DNA from: Trichoplax adhaerens
Taxonomy: Eukaryota > Animalia > Placozoa
DNA: 64,000 nucleotides
Assembly: GCF_000150275.1 (NCBI RefSeq)
Contig: NW_002060953.1
Span: forward strand, 228,286-292,285
Direction: 5' to 3'
Shown: in pieces, positions 1-15,100 of the stretch
Layout: each line of letters starts with the position of its first letter
How positions within the stretch are numbered: position 1 is the first letter of the stretch
The notes under the pieces: model-generated
What the model was told of the DNA's origin: nothing
What the model saw: only the letters and a program-made list of their open reading frames with translations
Database searches by the model: none
Made by a program: the position numbers and the translations under genes

Positions 1-375
1 AAAAGCAGCCATTATATATTGCAACTAATATATATGCACTATAAGCAAATAACTGTCTATTAAATCAGTATTATAAAATTACGATAAGGATTGTCGAAAA
101 TATAACGTACTTAATCTAAATGCTTACGTTTACCCTTAGCACTGAGATAATATAATATGAAAGCAAAAATGTGGAAACAAATTAATTAAGCCGTAATATC
201 AACAATTTTATATTAATATTATAGACACAATACTATCGTTATAGTAGTATTCGTGAGCATAGAATAGGAAAATTCTCCTTTATAACGTACAAAGTAAACC
301 ATAACTAATAGATTTAATAGACTTTTAGATATTATTTTGTTTATATGTGAAATAATAAATTAAACAGAAACATAC

Positions 376-1006
376 TGTTACAGTGTTATACACTGTATTA
401 CAGTAGAAATATCAATGTTAGGATAATTCTATTAGACTATCCTTATTTAGTTAACTTCTAATTTGGATATACTGTATTTTAATATAGCACTGACTTTTTA
501 TGACAGTGACACTTATACACATACTGAAATTAATAGTTATAATAGGGAATGCAAATCATCTGCTTACAGTTCGAATCATTGTGATTGTAATTTACTTATG
601 GTAGACTGTAAATTATCATGGAAATGTTCCGTGATAGGACAAATCGTAATCTGACTATTCTGTATTAGTCATTACATGTCTATGTTCGTAAATACTGTTG
701 TCTGCATTAAGGGAGCAGTAGCTAAAATTAATATCTAATTCAGTAAATGATTCTAATGTTAATTGTATTAACTATGACTCATGAACTATTGAGGAATAGT
801 ATATAAATGCAGTATATAGTGAAATAAAAAAGAATTGTCCAACTTAGTGTTTAACGTAAAATACGAGGCGTTTAAGTCTTTGTGTAGTCTGCTAGTAGAG
901 CAAAAGTGTTTGTGATAGTGCAGATATCGTTCCTTGATACGTGGTTCAAGGAATTGACTTATTGATCGTATATTGCGTTATCTTGTTGCAAAGCTGTTTT
1001 GTGACA
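376..1006 (+). mobile_element. Solo LTR, family A copy 1 (631 bp)
   Basis: Begins TGTTACA, ends TGTGACA (imperfect terminal inverted repeat). Flanked by perfect 5-bp TSD CATAC (371-375, 1007-1011). TATATAAA at 800-807, AATAAA at 823-828. Near-identical inverted copy at 22039-22668. Confidence 0.92.
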
Positions 1007-2797
1007 CATACATATCAACATATATATTTATTACTATAATAATAACTATTTACCTATAATAATATTGTTCGTTAAGAATTGTAGTAATGCAACTATGGAT
1101 AACTTTACATTTCTATTCAAGAGTGCGGATTAAATAATTTGAATTATCAATTGTAATAATGTTTAGTCTGGACCGATATTTTAAATTAAGGTTATTTGTA
1201 GACTTCGCAATAATTTACTACAATATAAAAGTGAGTTTCAGAGTAAATTTATAGGATTCGCAATAATTAAATTTAATATTATTTAATCCCACACGTACTC
1301 TTTTATCGGTACAGAGAGAGTCAATTATAGAAATTGCCCTAACAGCATCCTATCCATACTATGCAAGCAAATTAATGTAACTATCATTATTTAAAAGATT
1401 ATTGTAGGCAAAAATATCACAAAGAACATTAATGAAACTTACCATAAATAAATTAATAATTTAAAAAAATGTATTCAAAGTTTTAGAAATATGATGAAAA
1501 TTATGAACGATAAACTTTACTATTTTGTTTCATTAAAATTTCGCTCATGCAATGCCCATACAACCTAAGAATTAAATTAAGGTTAAAGACCACCCTCCTG
1601 CATTAATTATCTAGATTTTGATGCGCTGAAAATAAAGTATTTTACCCGATGTATAAACTATAGCCTCTGTACATTGTATTATATTCCAGAAGGACCCTCA
1701 ATGCAAATCAGAAAGAGGAAGTTTTCGATAGTTTCTTAGCATTGCAATTTTTTATTAATTTTTTACTTTATTTCTAGATACCACACTTTATTAGACATTT
1801 CTAAGTAATTTGAGTTTTTACCTTCAGATACTGAAAAAAGGATAAACTGTTTCAAAATTGGAAATTATTATAATAATTCTAATAAAGAAAATTATAGTAA
1901 CTTTTACTAAGACTAGCAATATTCATTTTGTTTCACTTCAATTTTCTTTTAACTAAGAAAAGGAAGGAACCTGCTTTCAAAATGAAAACCTCCTATACAG
2001 GTTTAATTATATTCAACTTTTATATTATTTAAAAGTTTATATCATTTCAATTTTTTGCGGAAACTAAAATTCTTATTTGATACTTAAGGAAAGTACACTA
2101 GAAGTCTGTTTCTGTACTATCTCTTCGATTATTATCCATTTACATACACTAATAGTTCCTTACAACAAAAAAGATAACGCAAGTATTAGTTAATAAAGAA
2201 TCACTTTTGTCAGTATATAGTAGTAAAATTGACCGTTTCGACCTATTAATGAATATTTAAAACCTGACCAGATACGTTAAATTTGATTTACAAACCGATA
2301 ATAATCTTAATGTTGATAATTTCGGGCTATTTTTATTATTAATCTATTTGCCTCAAAATGTATTAGACTGGAAAATGGTTATAATTGAAGGCATATATAT
2401 ACAGCAAGTCATTTAAGTTTTCAGTGTATTCCAGTATTGGTATGTTAATATTATATCGTTAAGTACGATAATCGATTAAATATTAGCATATCTTATTATT
2501 ACTTATAACTGTATCTTTGAACAGATAATTATTATCTGCTCAAATGATGGAAATAATATAATATTAGGTCACAAACAACGGCAAATAATCCTTCCCGTAT
2601 GGATCAGTATATTTATCTTTACATGTTTTTATGTTTTTCAAAGCTAATGCCGTAAGGCATATCTTTTTAAAGGTTAATAGTAAAATACGTCATTAGACGA
2701 AAATCAAAAAGCGATTCATAAATAGAAACACTTAACATGACTGTACTCACTAATAATAAGAACTTATTCTGATGCCACAACTAACAATTATAAAACC

Positions 2798-2833
2798 AGG
2801 ATGAAGTTTAGGATGAAGTTTAGGATGAAGTTT
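2798..2833. repeat. 12-bp tandem repeat (AGGATGAAGTTT) x3
   Basis: Three exact adjacent copies read directly from the sequence. Confidence 0.95.
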
Positions 2834-3055
2834 ATTAAATAGGCAAGAATTAATCCAAACCGTATTTTGAAATGTAGTAGAGAATAAAATAGTGCAAACT
2901 GTAACTACGTAGCTTGTATTATCATCATCTAGTAATTTTATTTTAAAATATTACATGTAATGCATCTGTGTTAAACACATATATTAATGAGCTCTATCAT
3001 AGCCTCTATGGCATGTATCGTAAATGTAGTATGTTCCTGACCATATAATTAATTA

Positions 3056-3078
3056 AAATGAAATGATTCATTTCATTT
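3056..3078. repeat. Short perfect inverted repeat AAATGAAATGA-T-TCATTTCATTT
   Basis: 11-bp arms with a 1-nt spacer. Confidence 0.8.
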
Positions 3079-6000
3079 CATCTTGATATTGCTATGTCTC
3101 TTTTTAATTTCGCAAAAATACCCATTATAAGATCAAAGCTGTTGTGAGTATTGAGTATGGCGTGATTAAGAGGCATCTCTTTGGTATGAGAATTAAATAA
3201 TTCCAATAAAATGCCAGTATCTTACATACAATCAAAAGCTAGCGGTAAGAAAGTTTTACACAATGATCAGCAAATCAATATTTTTAGCAACATTAAAATC
3301 GAAGTGTTTAGTAACCAGTTGATTTAAACAAAAATTTCCTTTAGCATTTTTAAATTTTTAAAGGAATCTGAATAGCATATTGTTTACGGAAAATTCTATC
3401 GGCAACTAGCTGATTATGATTGAAAATTGTTCTAATTTTAAATCACTTGAAATCTGAATAACAATCTTTCAAAATGCAAGAATTCTATTTTAAATAATAT
3501 AATCCAATAATCTTCTATGCGTTGTTACGCAATGTTAAAAGAAAGAATGTTGACACAATTACTGTGCCAATCAATTAAATCGGTAAACTAAATTATCAAC
3601 TGTGTAATCAGCGTATCAAAAATCTAAGAACAATACAATAAATTTTCTTTCTTCGTAATAAATTTAAAGCACAGTATAACCATGGCGATAAATAAGAATT
3701 AATAAAAAATATGAGAACAAGACAATATCTTAATTCTTTTAATTTTTTCTCGTTACCTGAATAAATGACAGCTTGATGGCTGAGAAGGATCCTAACTTTG
3801 AATTGCTTGAATTAAATATAACTATTAAAGATTATCAATCACAATTTCATTTCTACACAGCTCAATTTTTTATCTACACCGTTTGTTGCGTATAATAAAT
3901 ACCTTCCATTGAGGCTAAATTTTACATTCAAGCAAGAAAGAATTTAATTTTGAATTGGATCATTTTCTCTACACATTAACAGGTTAGTTATGATATTAAT
4001 TTTTTTGCATGCGTTGGACTAACCACTATAAACATTTTGTTTAAATCAAATCCCATTAAATTGTTCACAAGTAAATGTAAACTAACGCACACAAGCGATT
4101 ACCGTTGATAATATAATTATAAACGTAGTATAAATATTAAACATTAAACACGGATAAAGGATTTTGTTGGTATAAACAAATAATGATTGAATTTAGAAAG
4201 AGTTATGATTATCAATTCTTACTCTTAATTAACGAACACACTTTAAATCAAATCAGTTGTATAATACTTTGAAGCAAGAATAGCTACAACACCTACTTAT
4301 ACTATATTCATTCTCCAAAATACACACTAGAATTTCATCAAATATCCGGCTAGATTTATGTTAGCAATGAGATAAGATTTTAACCTTCTGTCAGTAGTGA
4401 AGATTCTAAAACGTAGTCATGATAAGAACAATCTTAGACGTTTACTTTCTCTAAGCGAAATCGCAGTATTTGTCCCTAAATGATTAGATTGCTCTCCTTT
4501 ACATACTCTATGGCACTATAACTTCTATCACCCTTAACAACTTATAATAGGTAATGAAAATTAATAGGGTAATCACACAGTATAAATCTCCAATTAAGGT
4601 TTATCCTGATTAAATTTCGATCTATTCTACATATAATTACTTATAGATCATTTCCATCATGCTCATACAAAGAGATAGACAATATTAACTATCTCGGAAT
4701 TAAAATCTAGCTCTAGGATTTTATACGTTTATGCAATTTACCGAAATTTTCGTTAAACTTTGCCTTATTTTATACTTGGCCCGCTATTTGGCATTATTTC
4801 ATGATGATAACTGAAACCTCAAGTACAAAGCATTGAATGGCTAACTATAAAACTGAGTTATTACTTTACATTCGAAGCTCTTAGTAGCTTTACTGTCTAT
4901 CACTTCACAACTTATTATTGAGGTTATTCTAAGTAATTAAATAACTCCAATCATCATAGATCAATAATAAGCAATATTATGTTAGTGTTGTCAGCTAGTA
5001 CACTCCATTCACCACTGATTACAGATAATGATTTAAATCAATCACTATTATTAAAATCGCCTACCGCATACGTGTATACGAAATGAAATTTTACGAAGCG
5101 TAGTCAATTCCTATGATCTTAAAATCAATGTAATTTATAATGGAATAATAACGGAAATAACACAGCTAAAATTGAAGGAAAAATTGAGGTAAAGACCGTT
5201 CTTCCGTTGTTCTAATCCTTCATCATCTTTCTATCTTTGCGTTATTGTACCATTATAAGCGCATATCAATGGAATTAAAATCATAAGGAAATTTTGTCCT
5301 CTTTTAATCCTAGAATACGATCATGTCTTGACTGTCATCTAAAATTATGCTACTGACTTGTTTGTAAATGGAGAATATACGAAAGAATAAAACTTAATTT
5401 TTAGAAAAGAAATTACCTTTTAATCAGGAAGACAAGAAAGCTAATTTTTCAAACTATTTGATCGGTGCCTTAATAGCAGACAGAAATAAAGATTTATCAG
5501 CTGTCGGCTATCCAAGCTGATTATTAAATCATGCTCACTCTCTTTTCATAAAATGCTAATGCATACGGAAAAAACATTTCAATGGTACTCTGAGTGATTG
5601 ATGATTCAAAGCAATAGCAGATGTTATTTGGTCTTCGCAGTATTTCCATCAGTTTGTTTGATCATGACGCATTTTTGTCAGGTATAAACAATTGATTCCT
5701 AATTTATCATTTTCCAATCCTACTAAATTAATTAAGATTCCATTTCTAAGATTATTTCATGACTACCTATTTTATAAACAACGTAACCGTACAAAATCCA
5801 ATACAATCTATCAGACAGTAAATGTCTATTTCCTTCTTTCTTTAATGAGTACTATATTGTCACAGTACCATCGTGAAACTCCCTAGCTGAATGCATAAAG
5901 GTGATGACAAAATATGAAAATATGCATAAATCATTTATTTTAAGTTCAATGTGCACCCATTGCATTGGATCCAACATTAATATCATTTTACGTAATTAAG

Positions 6001-9000
6001 GTAATCATTATACTTGGCAGGATATAGTATTACATTGGTTAATAGGTACTATAGACAACAATTTCTTTTAAAAATAATTTATTCATAACAGAAAAAAGCC
6101 CGAACACAATCGATTATAGGTCCTCTTTGTTAAAATAGAAGGTCCGTTGAAGTAAAAAAATACCAATAAATCATTCCCTGTTCTCCCATTTTTATTACGG
6201 ATTGATGAACAGATTAAGTCCAATTTACATTGTATCGCGAATATTTGTATGATAATAACTCAATTTTTTAGACATCTCTTTCTAATTTAGTAAGCAATAT
6301 TTTATTGTCTTTAATTTTGCATTTAACACAAGGATGCTTATAAGCATCAACAAAATATCAACCTGTGTAATAAAGGAAATTTTTTCATGATTCTATTGCT
6401 GTTTACCATAGATACGTACCTTTCCGATAATTTATGCAATAGAATAGTAAGCTTGACTCTTCAATAATTATGCTGACTTTAATATTAACGCAGTTACAAC
6501 AAGTAAGACATAACTATTGTTGTCTGCAATTGAAAATTCATAGCTAAATTAAAAAATCATTTCTTGATTCTATTGATAATCATTAACGATTTTCAGAAAT
6601 TTAGTCAGGTATATGAAATCGTATATGAAATTGTAATAGCCGTCTTCAATGTAGAATTACTGAAAGCAGCTTAAAATTTATGAACCATATAATACTTTAC
6701 CTATCTAGTAGTAATGATGTATTAAGAACAAATTTATTATCATATTTGAACTTTATTTCTCGTCAAATGCGATGAAATCAACTTATAAGAACTTATTACA
6801 AGGAGTTTAATCTCTGCAGCTCAATTTTATATAATACTTCAGGAAAATATTAATAAACTCTCATCAGAATTTTATTTTTAATGAATAGATAGAGAATTAA
6901 TCTTAAAATCTAATGCTTGATCGTCTTTCATCCAAATACTATGCTGCTTCGAATCTAACTCGCCTATTTTATTTTTAACATCTAAGTGTTATCTAAACTC
7001 TCCAAAACTTCTCTATTTGGATGCTTCTACGTTATTAACGCATAATCTGCTCATTTCAGACTTACTCTAAGTCTTACAAGAAGGTGTAGCTATAGTTTAA
7101 CTGTTGCTATCATTTTTGCATCAAAAATTTTTTACGTTGTAAAGTCTTCAAATAAATCGTTCACACAGATACTCCAAAAGTGTTGGACTTTGCCCTGTAC
7201 CTTGTCAATAACTGTACCATGTAAACTGTAAATTTATTGCTAAACTGATATATGCATTCTTGAACCTACATATTTTCGAATTTATCATATCTGTTTCGGC
7301 TAGTCTTAGTTAGCAAAGTAGTAAATGATTAAAAACAATTATTTAGAAGAGCAAGGAAAAACCTTCAACTTTAGTAATTTTAATATAATCATCAGCAAAA
7401 CTTTTCCGAAAGAAATCTGACATATGTAAGGAGTTATGAATTGATTTTTAACATCACTGAAACTAATTGATACCGTTCAAAGTGCTTTGTAGGCAAATGT
7501 CAATTACAAACTGCATTTATTCATGAAGCGTGAAGTCTGGATGAATTTAACTATAATGCGTTTTATTAGAATGTTTTGAAAACTCATGCATAAAACAATA
7601 CCTTTTCAATTATGTTAAGTAGATCAATAATGACTTTATTACTTAAACTAAAAATCAGCTTAAATGACGATAAATTTTTAATAATAATATTAATCCTAAA
7701 TTCAGCATGATCTAAAGCAATGATGAATATTTTTCAAGAAACTTAAGAATATTGTATGGCTTTCAATTCAAAATATTCTATCACTCTAGCACATTAAAGA
7801 TTTTCATAATCGTGAATTTATGTTATAATATCAAAAAGCAATAGTAGTTCCGGTGCTTGTCCTTTTGAAGCACGTCTATATTAAACTTAAGATTTCTGCT
7901 CGAAGGCTTTATTCTTACTAAACTTAATTGTATTTAACTGATTGACATAACTTTACTGTTACGGAAATTCAAATAATTTCAAAATGCATACGCTGGGCTG
8001 TTATGTATGAACTATCAAAGTGACTTATACACAATTCGTAATGTAAGTTCGCCTTACTCTCTGATTAGAGCACAGAAATGTAAAATGAAAACTGTAGGTT
8101 TGAAAATACAAGACTATACTGTTTATTGAAAGAACGTACTAAGCTGACCACTGAAAGGAACATAACACCAGTTTAAATATTTACGAATTAAGCATGTGTG
8201 TTTGTGCATGCATTACATGCATGAAAATATATATTTTATGCAAATAGAAAACACGTGTAACTGTGTTACAGGAGTTTCTCTTAGATTTATGATACACAAA
8301 TCGATATCGACTCAAATTATCAGACTTTTTCGATCTTAAAGATATAATCTATAGTCTCTATAAATAATTAATCATCTTTTTATCCCTAAGATATGACTTT
8401 TAATTAATACGGTAATTATTCAGCTTTGAGTTAAAAAACCATCTCGATATGACTCAAAGACCAACTATTGAATTCATTTTCGATAAGTATTGCCAGTGAT
8501 TCTGTATCTCTTCACATCAAAAGAGAAGATTTATAAAGGTAGCTGATTCTACAAAAAATATTTTCTCTTTTTCAGATATGCTTCATAATTGTCACTAAAA
8601 TGTATGATAGACATTACTTTTAAGATCAAATATTGTAGTCAGTACTTATCATTACAACCACTACACTCGATTATTAGCAAATTGTTTATTAGCAAGCCTA
8701 TTGGAAAGGATTCGCTATATCTAATACTCGAATTAAACTAAGATTGATTTGACTAATTTCCAATAACAAATATTAATAATTTATATTCCATAATTAATCG
8801 TTCGCTTCATTTATTTTACTATCTGGCATTGAGGTAAAAATCTATAATTTTATACCTACAGTAAGTAATAAATCCATACTCAAGATTTCTTCACGTAAAA
8901 CGAATAGCTCTAAGGTAGTAATTTCTGCAGAGTACTGATTATTAAAATAGTATTCGTTATATAGCTAAGGGTAGCCACTGGGCCTTTCAATTTTAATTTG

Positions 9001-9514
9001 ATGTAATATTCTGATGAAAATTGAATAAACATAGAATCTTTATAGAGTTTTCTACACAGACATTTTGATTGCTACATTTTCTTATAACGGTTGCTATCGA
9101 CAGAGCAAGCTTTGCTTGCATACTCAAGCGATCCTTAGACACATTATAATGATTGGTATAGAATTGACCACAGTACTAAGGACATTATAACGCAATGTAG
9201 ATATCTTATAATACCTGCTAATCTTAACTTGGTATGTCCATCACCGTACATTAGTTATCATAATGTGCTTTGGACTATTAACTAATCTTAATATAGCATT
9301 TCATCCGTGGATGCATTATTGAAAAGTAGTATTCTACAAGCATAGCTGTGAATATAGTAGTGCCTGACTATTACCGGGATATAAATAATGTCGAATGGTA
9401 ATACTATCTGTTAATTATTAACAAATAAGTACATTATCGTAAACCGTCAGCAAAGCGACGTGAGTTTGAACTAGTGTATTTAATATTACCAATATGAGTT
9501 ATTATATATGGAAT

Positions 9515-10065
9515 CGTAATGTAACTAGTATTGTGATTGTAGACTGTTAGCCATGTTTAGTATAATGTACGGTAGATTTTTTATCCTAAGAGATATTTGG
9601 TAGCCATAACTATAGACTGTAGTGGTATAGACTTTATGCTAGAGTACACATGACTATATACAGAAAGGGGTTGAGTTACTAATAAGGCTATAGGTAAAAA
9701 TAGAACTGTAAATCATATATTAGGATATAGTTAATTCATTGTACTTTGGCTGGTGTAAATAATGTCTACGTAAGTTCTGTAGTCGTATCCATATCGGATT
9801 AATGATGGTCCGCAGTAGAATAGTCTTACTAAGAATAATTTAACTAAGTGTAATATAAGGTAAAAGGTTGCCATACGGATTGTAGCTGCGAATGCTACGA
9901 AAAGTATAAAGCATGCAACTTTAGATTATTCTGTTAGTTCGTTGTAGAAGTCTTTAGTAGTAGTATTCGGCTAGAGTAGAGCTGTGTGTAGTTAATCTTT
10001 GCATAAGATTCAATAAAGCCCTTATTTTTCTAAAGTTTGGAATTTCGTGATTTGTATATATCACA
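9515..10065 (+). mobile_element. Solo LTR, family B copy 1 (551 bp)
   Basis: Starts CGTAATGTAAC (the sister copy has TGTAATGTAAC), ends ATATCACA. TSD GGAAT (9510-9514, 10066-10070). TATAAA 9905-9910, AATAAA 10012-10017. Near-identical inverted copy at 25217-25766. Confidence 0.9.
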
Positions 10066-11544
10066 GGAATGCAGACATAAAAACTAGGAAAAGATTCTTA
10101 TAGAAATTAGATCTTATAAATTAAATCGCTCTAGCTACTTTAAAGAATTATAATACATACAGTAGCGATATGCTGTCCCATTATTTTGATATTCATATAA
10201 ATAGGATATATGTTTGCAATTGGAGTAACAGTAAAACTCTAACAATTACCTGTCTTTTATTGGAAGTTAGAAATCAGCTTATATACGGGCGTATTTGTAT
10301 CTGTATTAAAACTAGCAATACAGATTCAGCATGAACTGGGAGTGTAAATAACAATTTCCCCATTTGTGGGTTGATTCTGGATATTTTTAGTGTCCTTATT
10401 TCAGCCATTAGCTATTTGACAATGATCAACAATTTGAAACTTATCACTGTCAATTGCAAGAAATTGTATCATCAGCATATTTTCGTGATCTATATATGTC
10501 TTGCTGTTACCAGCATCTACTAGCACTGACACAAGCTTTCGGTCATTAAAAGCAGAATTGCTTTTACCAGTATATACTTACATACAAGTCTATATATTTA
10601 TAATCGTAACTGAGTCTGCTGCATTCAATGAATTATATTAAAAAAACATAGAACTACTGTAAATGAAAAAAATTTGAATTATTATCTTAAAAATATGCTT
10701 TAAAACACCAATTTATTATAAAGCATAATATTATTTTTAAATCCAAGACTAAAATTCTGCTAATAAACAAAATAATATTTCATCAAATATTTATTTAGAG
10801 ACATGGTCAGAAAATTAGTTACTTGGAGTTTTGTTGGCCATCAATCGCAATTACAGTTTTTACAACAGCTTTCTAATATCAATCGAATCAACATTTTGCT
10901 CATTTGCATTAGTAAGACCTACAATTACAAAGATCGCGTACGGGGTATAACTGTAATGTAGTTCATAACTGTAATATAGTCCATAAGTGATACATAGGAT
11001 TGAGGATGAAAGATCAAAGTTATCTTAGTATAACTATTCGATTTTTAAAGCGAAGTAAATTAGAACGTTTTCAATTTAATGGTCTGCAAAATCTGATTAA
11101 TTTAAAAAACTATTTAATACATGCTTTGTTCCAATAATTGCAGCATTAGATATGATGGCATGCATTATTTATTGTTTAATTAGCCTTTACGAAGGACTTT
11201 ATGATGTAATTTAAATTGATAAAAGGACTCTATATATTTTCAAGCCATTATAAAATAACGAAAAGTTTTGGATTTTATAGGAGCGCTATATCAATAATCA
11301 GACATTATATCTGAATTAGGAAACGAATGTTGATGCTCAATAACTATTTTTAGTAAAAAATCTATAATTTTAGAAATATTTTGACTCTTTGTAATTTGTA
11401 TTAATGTGGACAATTATATTATAATTGTAGTATACATAGTTTAGGTTGCTATGTAGACTACAAATATTAATGGGGCTTTCCCAATTTTAAATATTTCACT
11501 ACCTTAATCCTCTAAGATTACGTTCTATAAGATCTATTTTAAAC

Positions 11545-12195
11545 ATGCCACAAAGTGAATATCATCTTCCGGAAATTATTATATTATTTCATGTACATCA
11601 GAAAAACACCAAATATTGCAATTCATTAACTGAAATTAATAAAATTAACATAGCCATGTAACTGCCACGATATGAAAGATTGTTCATGTTAAAAAATATA
11701 AAATTTTTCGATATTACAATAGAGTAAACTGTCATCTCCAAGAATAGCCGCAATAATACTAAAAGACGCACGCATATAATTTTGTTTCTACTGATCTTTT
11801 CGAATGAAGACTTGAATAATTCACTAAATTAAAGCATAATGTCTCATAGCTATTATGATGAGCTAACAGAAAGAGCGGAGGATGAACGACTAATTATGTC
11901 CGCTGATGTACAAAAACACCGATTTGATATAGCTCTATCACTCTTTGATCCTACCTTATATTATTTCATATATCACATTGAAAATGTATACGATCTTAGC
12001 ATCTTGAATTACTGTATATCGTCTAGTGGCTATTTTTGTCTGATTAAATTTACATCAAAAACTCGATTTTTTAAGCACATAAACAGTATTTTCTTAAAAG
12101 AAACAAACTATGCCCATGGAATCCCCAAATTAGATTTTACACATCTAAATATCGCAGAAACTCAATTTCATTCATTGCCATTTTCTATAAAGTAA
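11545..12195 (+). pseudogene. Degenerate ORF of unknown origin (217 codons, 3 internal TAA stops)
   Basis: ATG at 11545 is in frame with the 118-aa ORF at 11839-12195. Only three in-frame stops, all TAA, which is few for DNA this AT-rich. No recognisable domain. Confidence 0.35.
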
Positions 12196-15100
12196 TTTGT
12201 ATAAATGATTTCAAGAGCTTTAAAATAACTTCTAGCCTCTAGATAACGCATAATTTCATGAAAATGTATATTTTAGCTTTCTTTATTACCTTAGAAATAT
12301 ATTTTATCTATACGATATCTTGCATGTTAATCAAGGCAAATCAACTATTTCCGGATCAAAATCGTTATATCTTAATCACTGCTAGTATTGTACACATACT
12401 GCCGTACCTGTTGAGAAAATGGATTCCTTGCAACTTCTTTAATTATTTTTCCATCTAAACTTCCCCGCCGATTAGCTAACTTACTGCAGAGATCATATAA
12501 TTTACTTCCAATCTCATAATAAGTGCTTACTCCAACTCCTTTTTCAAATGCTTTAAAATATATTTATTTGATTAAAGTTATAATTATATAAAAAAGTGTA
12601 AGTTAGCAGTATAGGCTTTTGCAGAATTAGATTAGAGGCACAAAACTTGCATCAAGGGAAAATTTCTAAGCAGAAATCGTCTCCTAAATAAGGCAAAATT
12701 ATAATTAATTATTACAGCATCATATAAATGGGTATGGTATAGAATGGAGTATTAATTAATTCATCGAAAACTCTCTCCTTAAATATTTTTTTCAATGGCG
12801 GATAACTGTCGGTACCTCTCAATATCATTCAAACCTGATACTGTTATTTCCCCTTTCTGTTAATGTTTACTTATAGTAAAATTTAGTGATAGTTCCTCAG
12901 ATAAACTTAGATAGCAACTTTGTAAAAAATATTTGCAGGGATTTCTTTCTACGCCTAGGAAGATAAAAATTTTCATTCTTCTAGCTTCCAAGGATGTGAG
13001 CTTTGTTGGTTGTAAGCATTTTGAGAATTAAAAGGTGAATATCCTTAAGGATTGGAACACATTATGCCACGATGAGGAGATTGCAAGATCAAAGCAACCG
13101 TTTTAAATACTAAAGAAATGTGAAAACAAACATTAACTAAGATATAGCCTAGCAAAGCTTTTAGACAATCACAATCTACTTTCTTCCAAAATAGAACATT
13201 TATTAGCGATTATCAGACTTTAAGAAAGCAAAATTTTTCAGATATGAAATCTATAACTATGTTTACCCGTATAAATGAATTTTGGGAACTTTATCAACCA
13301 TCAATTCACATTTTCTCAAGCTAGCAGGATGAGGGCTCTATTTGCAGTAATAAATTTGATCTTATATCGCATAATATGTGAGTAAAAGTTTCTGACACTT
13401 GAAAAAAAATTTAAAATCTTCACTTAATGTCTTAATGCTAGCTATTAATGGCAATAAGTTAGCAACAATTAAGATATATTTGAGATACTGATCTAGAAAA
13501 ATATTTAATTTCTATTTCAGACAAAGTAGGTTGTAGCAACTAAGCTCCATTTCAGGTTCTATTTATTGCATTACATACATCAGCATAAGTTAGATGTATG
13601 ATAAATAGATACTAAATAGTCTGCTATGCTGTAAATTTATGCAATTAGCTGTTCTGGGATAAAGCATTTGCTAATTGATATTAAATTATTTCCAACCGTA
13701 TTAATTCGCAAATCTTCTCATATCAAGTTGAAATTCAATTAAGAAATATCTGAAGCAGGTAGATTTATGATAAAAATGTACTTCTGGCAATGATAGAATT
13801 GATCCGATCTAGCTAACATTAGTAAGAAAACGGTCTTTCATTATTCACGATAATAGATACAGAACTTAATAACATTATTTATCAATTCAAAAAGGTCGTG
13901 CCATGATTAATTGAACCATATATGACCATAATCATTGTTAATGGTTAAATAAATTCTGAAGAATCGACTATTTCTGTCTTATCTTATTTAAGCGATCTTA
14001 GGGTAAATATGTAAAAATATAATTAAATATATTGAAAGATTTCATTTTTCTATTCCCTATTAGTAATATTGCCTAGTCGGTAGAACTTAAATCTTCCTAT
14101 TCGTTTTTAAATTTCCTCTTATAATTTTTTACTTTTCTGATTACAAAATAAAGCCTGCGGCAGCAGCACCATAAGCTTTATTGTTATAAGCACAATAAAA
14201 GGCTTTTCAAAGGCCTACTGAAATTATTGTTAATTATGCATTTTAATATTGATATAATGGGAAATTCCAGCACCTAGTTTACTGAAGTCCCGATGGCTTA
14301 ATTCTAGTAAATTTAAGAGATTACTTAGTAAATAAGTCTATAGTGTGGATCAAAATAGGTCTTTGCAATGTTCATTCTTGCTTAATTGACCCAGTTTTCG
14401 ATCCTAGAATTCGCATAACTGTTCTTTGTTGACAACTCGACCTTACTCATATTGTCTAAATGGTAGATAATGATGATGGGACGATATCCTGATGTGGAAA
14501 GCCGAAAAATATTTATAAATCAATATCTTTATTATTATAAAATTTGCAGATTTTAAAATTCACAACATTTTCCAATTAGTATAGCTAGTTCAGATTAGCT
14601 GAGATTGGCTTCTAACTTTATAAGCAGTCAATAATCTGCCTTTGCAGTATACTACAATCACATTGGGTGATTTATTTTACAATAATTAAGTCGTAAAATG
14701 AAAGTGCATCAATGAATAAGGCAAAGCAACGATTTTAATTTTTCGCTTACCTTGACCAATGAAGGAAGCAAGACATAATATTTCACTAGCTTTCCAACTT
14801 CTACTTTTTTGCCAATCTATTTACTATTTTTGTAACCCAAGAATGAGTTAGTTCCACAATTAATTATACTATATATATGATCATGTAAGCAGTTATATAG
14901 TAGAATTGTTATAATAGTTGAACTACCTGAGTATTATAAGTGCATCTATAATCCTAAAATTATTAATAATATAATCTAGTATACGAAGAAGGCTTATCGA
15001 TTTTGAATTAAGGATAATTACAATGCTAATCTTAAATGAAATTACACTCAGATCGCAATTCTTTCTCAATTCTTCCATTTTTGTAGCCGTGAATATATGT

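Noticed and set aside
463-654. 63-aa ORF duplicated at 22390-22581
   Set aside because: Lies inside family A LTRs, starts with TTG, and the start is not kept in the diverged copy at 16138. Its conservation just reflects recent copy identity.
6900-7270. Minus-strand fragments vaguely like the Gypsy protease-RT linker (IGELDSKQHSI)
   Set aside because: Multiple frames and stops; no catalytic motif.
9002-9490. LTR-like segment TGTAATATT...AATATTACC
   Set aside because: Terminal inverted repeat present, but the end is not CA, there is no matching TSD, and no second copy in the window.
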